From: Squalus acanthias
Lineage: Eukaryota
Direction of reading: 5' to 3'
Length of the DNA: 64,000 nucleotides
Assembly: GCA_030390025.1 (NCBI GenBank)
Contig: CM059430.1
Location: 75,392,001-75,456,000, forward strand
Part shown: piece by piece, positions 61,016 through 64,000 of the stretch
Numbering within the stretch: the first letter of the stretch is position 1
Layout of the letters: every line of letters begins with the position of its first letter
Position numbers and translations under genes: made by a program
The notes under the pieces: model-generated
Databases searched by the model: none
What the model saw: only the letters and a program-made list of their open reading frames with translations
What the model was told of the DNA's origin: nothing

Positions 61016-64000
61016 GGGGGTTGGAACCTGAGCAGGGAGACAGAGGAGAGTGAAACAATGATAAAAGCAAAAGACAGGAAGGAGAAAAACAAAAGTAGAA
61101 ATAAAAAACTCAACGATTTAAATCAAACATTGTCACAGTAAATAATAATTCATATAGGTCTGAAAGCGTTAACAAAACAGGCCTGAAGGCTTTGTATATT
61201 AATGCAAGGAGCATTTGGAACAAGGTGGATGAATTAGCTGCACAAATAGAGGTAAATTAAAACGATTTGATTGGGATTACAGAAACATGGCTCCAGGGTG
61301 GCCAAGGCTGCGAACTCAACATCCAGGGGTATTCAATATTTAGGAAAGATAGGTAAAATGAAAAGGAGGTGGGGTAGCATTGCTGGTTAAAGAGGGGATT
61401 AACACAATTGAAAGGAATGATATTAGCTCTGATGATGCGGAATCTGTATGAGTAGAACTGAGAAATAACAAAGGGCAGAAAACGTTAGTGGGATTGTTAT
61501 ATAGACCTCCAAACAGTAATACGGAGTTGGCGATGGCATTAAAAGGGAAATTAGAGAAGCATGCAGTAAGTTCACAGCAGTCATCATGATTGACTTTAAT
61601 TTACATATAGATTGGGCTAAACAAATTAGTAAAAATACTGTGGAGGAGGAATTCCTAGAATGTTTACAGGATGGTTTTCTGGAAAAATATGTCGAGGAAA
61701 CAACCACAGATCAGGCCATCTTAGACTGGGTATTATGTAACCAGAAAGGATTATTTAGCAATGTTGTTGTACGAGGACCCTTGGGTCAGAGTGATCATAA
61801 TATGATAGAATTCCTCATTAGAATAGAGAGTGAAGTAGTTGAATCAGAGACTAGGGTCCTGAATTTAAATAAAGGAAACAGTGATGGTATGAAACGCGAA
61901 TTGGGCAGGATAGATTGGGGAACGTCACTCAAAGGGTTGACGGTGAATAGGCAATGGAAAACATTCAAAGACTGCATGGAAGAACTACAGAATTTGTCCA
62001 TCCTAGTGTGGCATAAGAATAAAACAAAAAGGGTGACTCAACCGTGACTAACAAGGGAAATTAGGGATAGCATAAGATCCAAGGAGATAGCATTTAAATT
62101 GGCCAGAAAAAGCGGCAACCCTGGGGATTGGGAGCAGTTTAGGATTCAACAAAGAAGGACAAAGTGATTAATTAAGAAGGGGAAAATAGAATATGAAAGT
62201 AAGCTTGTAGAGAACATAAAAATTGACTGTAAGAGCATTTATAGATATGTGAAGAGAAAAGGATTAGTGAAATCAAGTGTAGGTCCCTTGCAGTCTGAAG
62301 CGGTGTAAGTTATAATGGGGAACAAAGAAATGGCAAATCAATTAAATGCATATTTTGGTTTTGTCTTCACAAAGGAGGACACAAATAACCTCCCAGAGAT
62401 GTTGGAGAACATAGGGTCTGATGAAAGGGAGGAACTGAAAGAAATCAGTATTTTGCAGGGAAATGGTGTTAGGGAAATTGACGGGATTGAAGGCCGATAA
62501 ATCCCCAGTGCCGGAGAATCTACATCCTAGGGTACTTAAGGAAGTGGCCCTAGAAATAGTAGATGCACTGCTGATCATCTTCCAGCATTGGATGGAATCG
62601 GGAACTGTACCCATGGATTGGAGGGTAGCTAATATTACCCCACTATTCAAACAGGGTGGTAGAGAGAAAGCGGGGATTACAGACCGGTAGGCCTGACATC
62701 GGTAGTGGGGAAAATGATAGTGTCCATGATAAAGTATGTAATAGCTGAGCACTTGAAAAACAGTGACAGGATCGGACAAAGTCAACATGGATTTACAAAA
62801 GCTAAATCGTGCTTGACTAATCTAATGGAATTTTTTGAGGATGTAACTGGGGAAATAGATAAGCGAGAGCCAGTAGATGTGGTGTATTTGGACTTTCAAA
62901 AGGCTTTCGATAAGGTCCCGCATAAGAGATTAGCGTGTAAAGTTAAGGCACATGGGATTGAAACAAGGTATTGACTTGGATATAGAACTGGTTGGCGGAC
63001 GGAAAGCAGAGAGTAGGAATTAATGGGTCCTTTTCCGAGTGGCAGGCAGTAACTGGTGGGGTACCGTAGGGTTCAGTCCTTGGACCCCAGCTATTCCCAA
63101 TATACATTAATGATCTGGATAAGGGAACTAAATGTAATATGTCCAGGTTTGCAGATGACACAAAGCTGGGTGGGCGTGTGTGCTCCGAGGAGAATACTGA
63201 AAAACTCCAGGATGATTTAGACAGGTTGGGTGAGTTGGCAGAAGCGTGGCAGATGCAATATAACGTGGATAAATGCTAGGTTATCCACTTTGGTGTCAAA
63301 AACAGAAAGGCGAACTAGTATTTGAATGGCAATAGAGTGGGTGAAGGGGAAGTGCAACGAGACCTGGGTGTCCTTGTGCACCAGTCGCTGAAGGTAAGCA
63401 TGCAGGTGCAGCAGGCGGTGAAGAAGGCAAATGCTATGTTGGACTTCATAACGAAAGGGTTTGAGTATAGGAACAGGGCTGTCCTGCTGCAGTTGTACAG
63501 GGCCTTGGTGAAACCACACCTTGAGTACTGTGTGCAGTTTTGGTCGCCTTATCTGAGGAAGGATCTTCTTACCATGGAAGGAGTTCAGCGAAGATTCACA
63601 AGGCTGATACCTGGGATGGCTGGAATGACATATGAGCAGAAATTGTGTCGATTGGGCTTATACTCGCTGGAGTATAGAAGAGTGAGAGGAGATCTCATGG
63701 AAACATATAAAATTCTGACAGGTCTGGACAAACTAGATGCAGGAAGAATGTTCCCGATGGTCGGAGCATCCAGAACCAGGGGTCATACTCTAAGGATAAG
63801 GGGTAATACATTTAGGACAGAAATGAGGAAGAATTTCTTCACCCAGAGAGTGGTGAACCTGTGGAATTCTCTGCCACAGAAGGTAGTTGAGGCCAAGTCA
63901 TTAAATATATTCAAGAATGAGTTAGATATATTTCTTAAAGCTAAAGGTATCAAGGGATATGGGGAGAAGGTAGGTATAGGGTACTGAGTTTGGATGATCA

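Larger units (their letters stand above)
59460..64000 (+). mobile_element. Near-full-length CR1 LINE (5'UTR, ORF1, ORF2), inactivated; runs off the window
   Basis: ORF1 from 60059. APE endonuclease remnants ~61190-61820 (INARSI, GITETW, DHNMIEF). RT 62700-63200. C-terminus 63322-63987. Multiple stops and frameshifts. Confidence 0.93.

Overview
Eukaryotic, repeat-rich vertebrate DNA, almost certainly from a cartilaginous fish (shark or ray). The evidence is an HE1/V-SINE, Deu-type SINEs, dense CR1/HER1-type LINEs and a ~65-bp tandem repeat of the kind common in shark genomes. The host-gene content is a tandem, same-strand cluster of immunoglobulin-superfamily receptor genes that the ORF track shows only in fragments. 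Gene 1 (5670-13308) has seven exons: leader, germline-joined VJ-type V, C1-set domain, uncharged TM, and three cytoplasmic exons with a SIRP-alpha-like set of four ITIM/ITSM tyrosines. It splices into one 370-codon frame broken only by a TGA in the V exon. Gene 2 (27095-31529+) has the same exon phases but a stop and a frameshift in C1. A third copy survives as an intron/TM-exon remnant cut by an RTE LINE and then duplicated (43330-45980). No RSS flanks the V exons, so these look like non-rearranging, antigen-receptor-like (VJ-C1) inhibitory receptors undergoing birth-and-death evolution. Mobile DNA includes: a young Penelope element with inverted pLTRs carrying hammerhead ribozymes and a 13-bp TSD; a ~240-bp palindromic double-hammerhead mini-derivative with its own 13-bp TSD; a two-gene PIF/Harbinger transposon; RTE copies; a near-full-length CR1; and MITE-like fold-backs. 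One assembly gap lies at 25073-25375. Family names come from motif recognition, not database searches.
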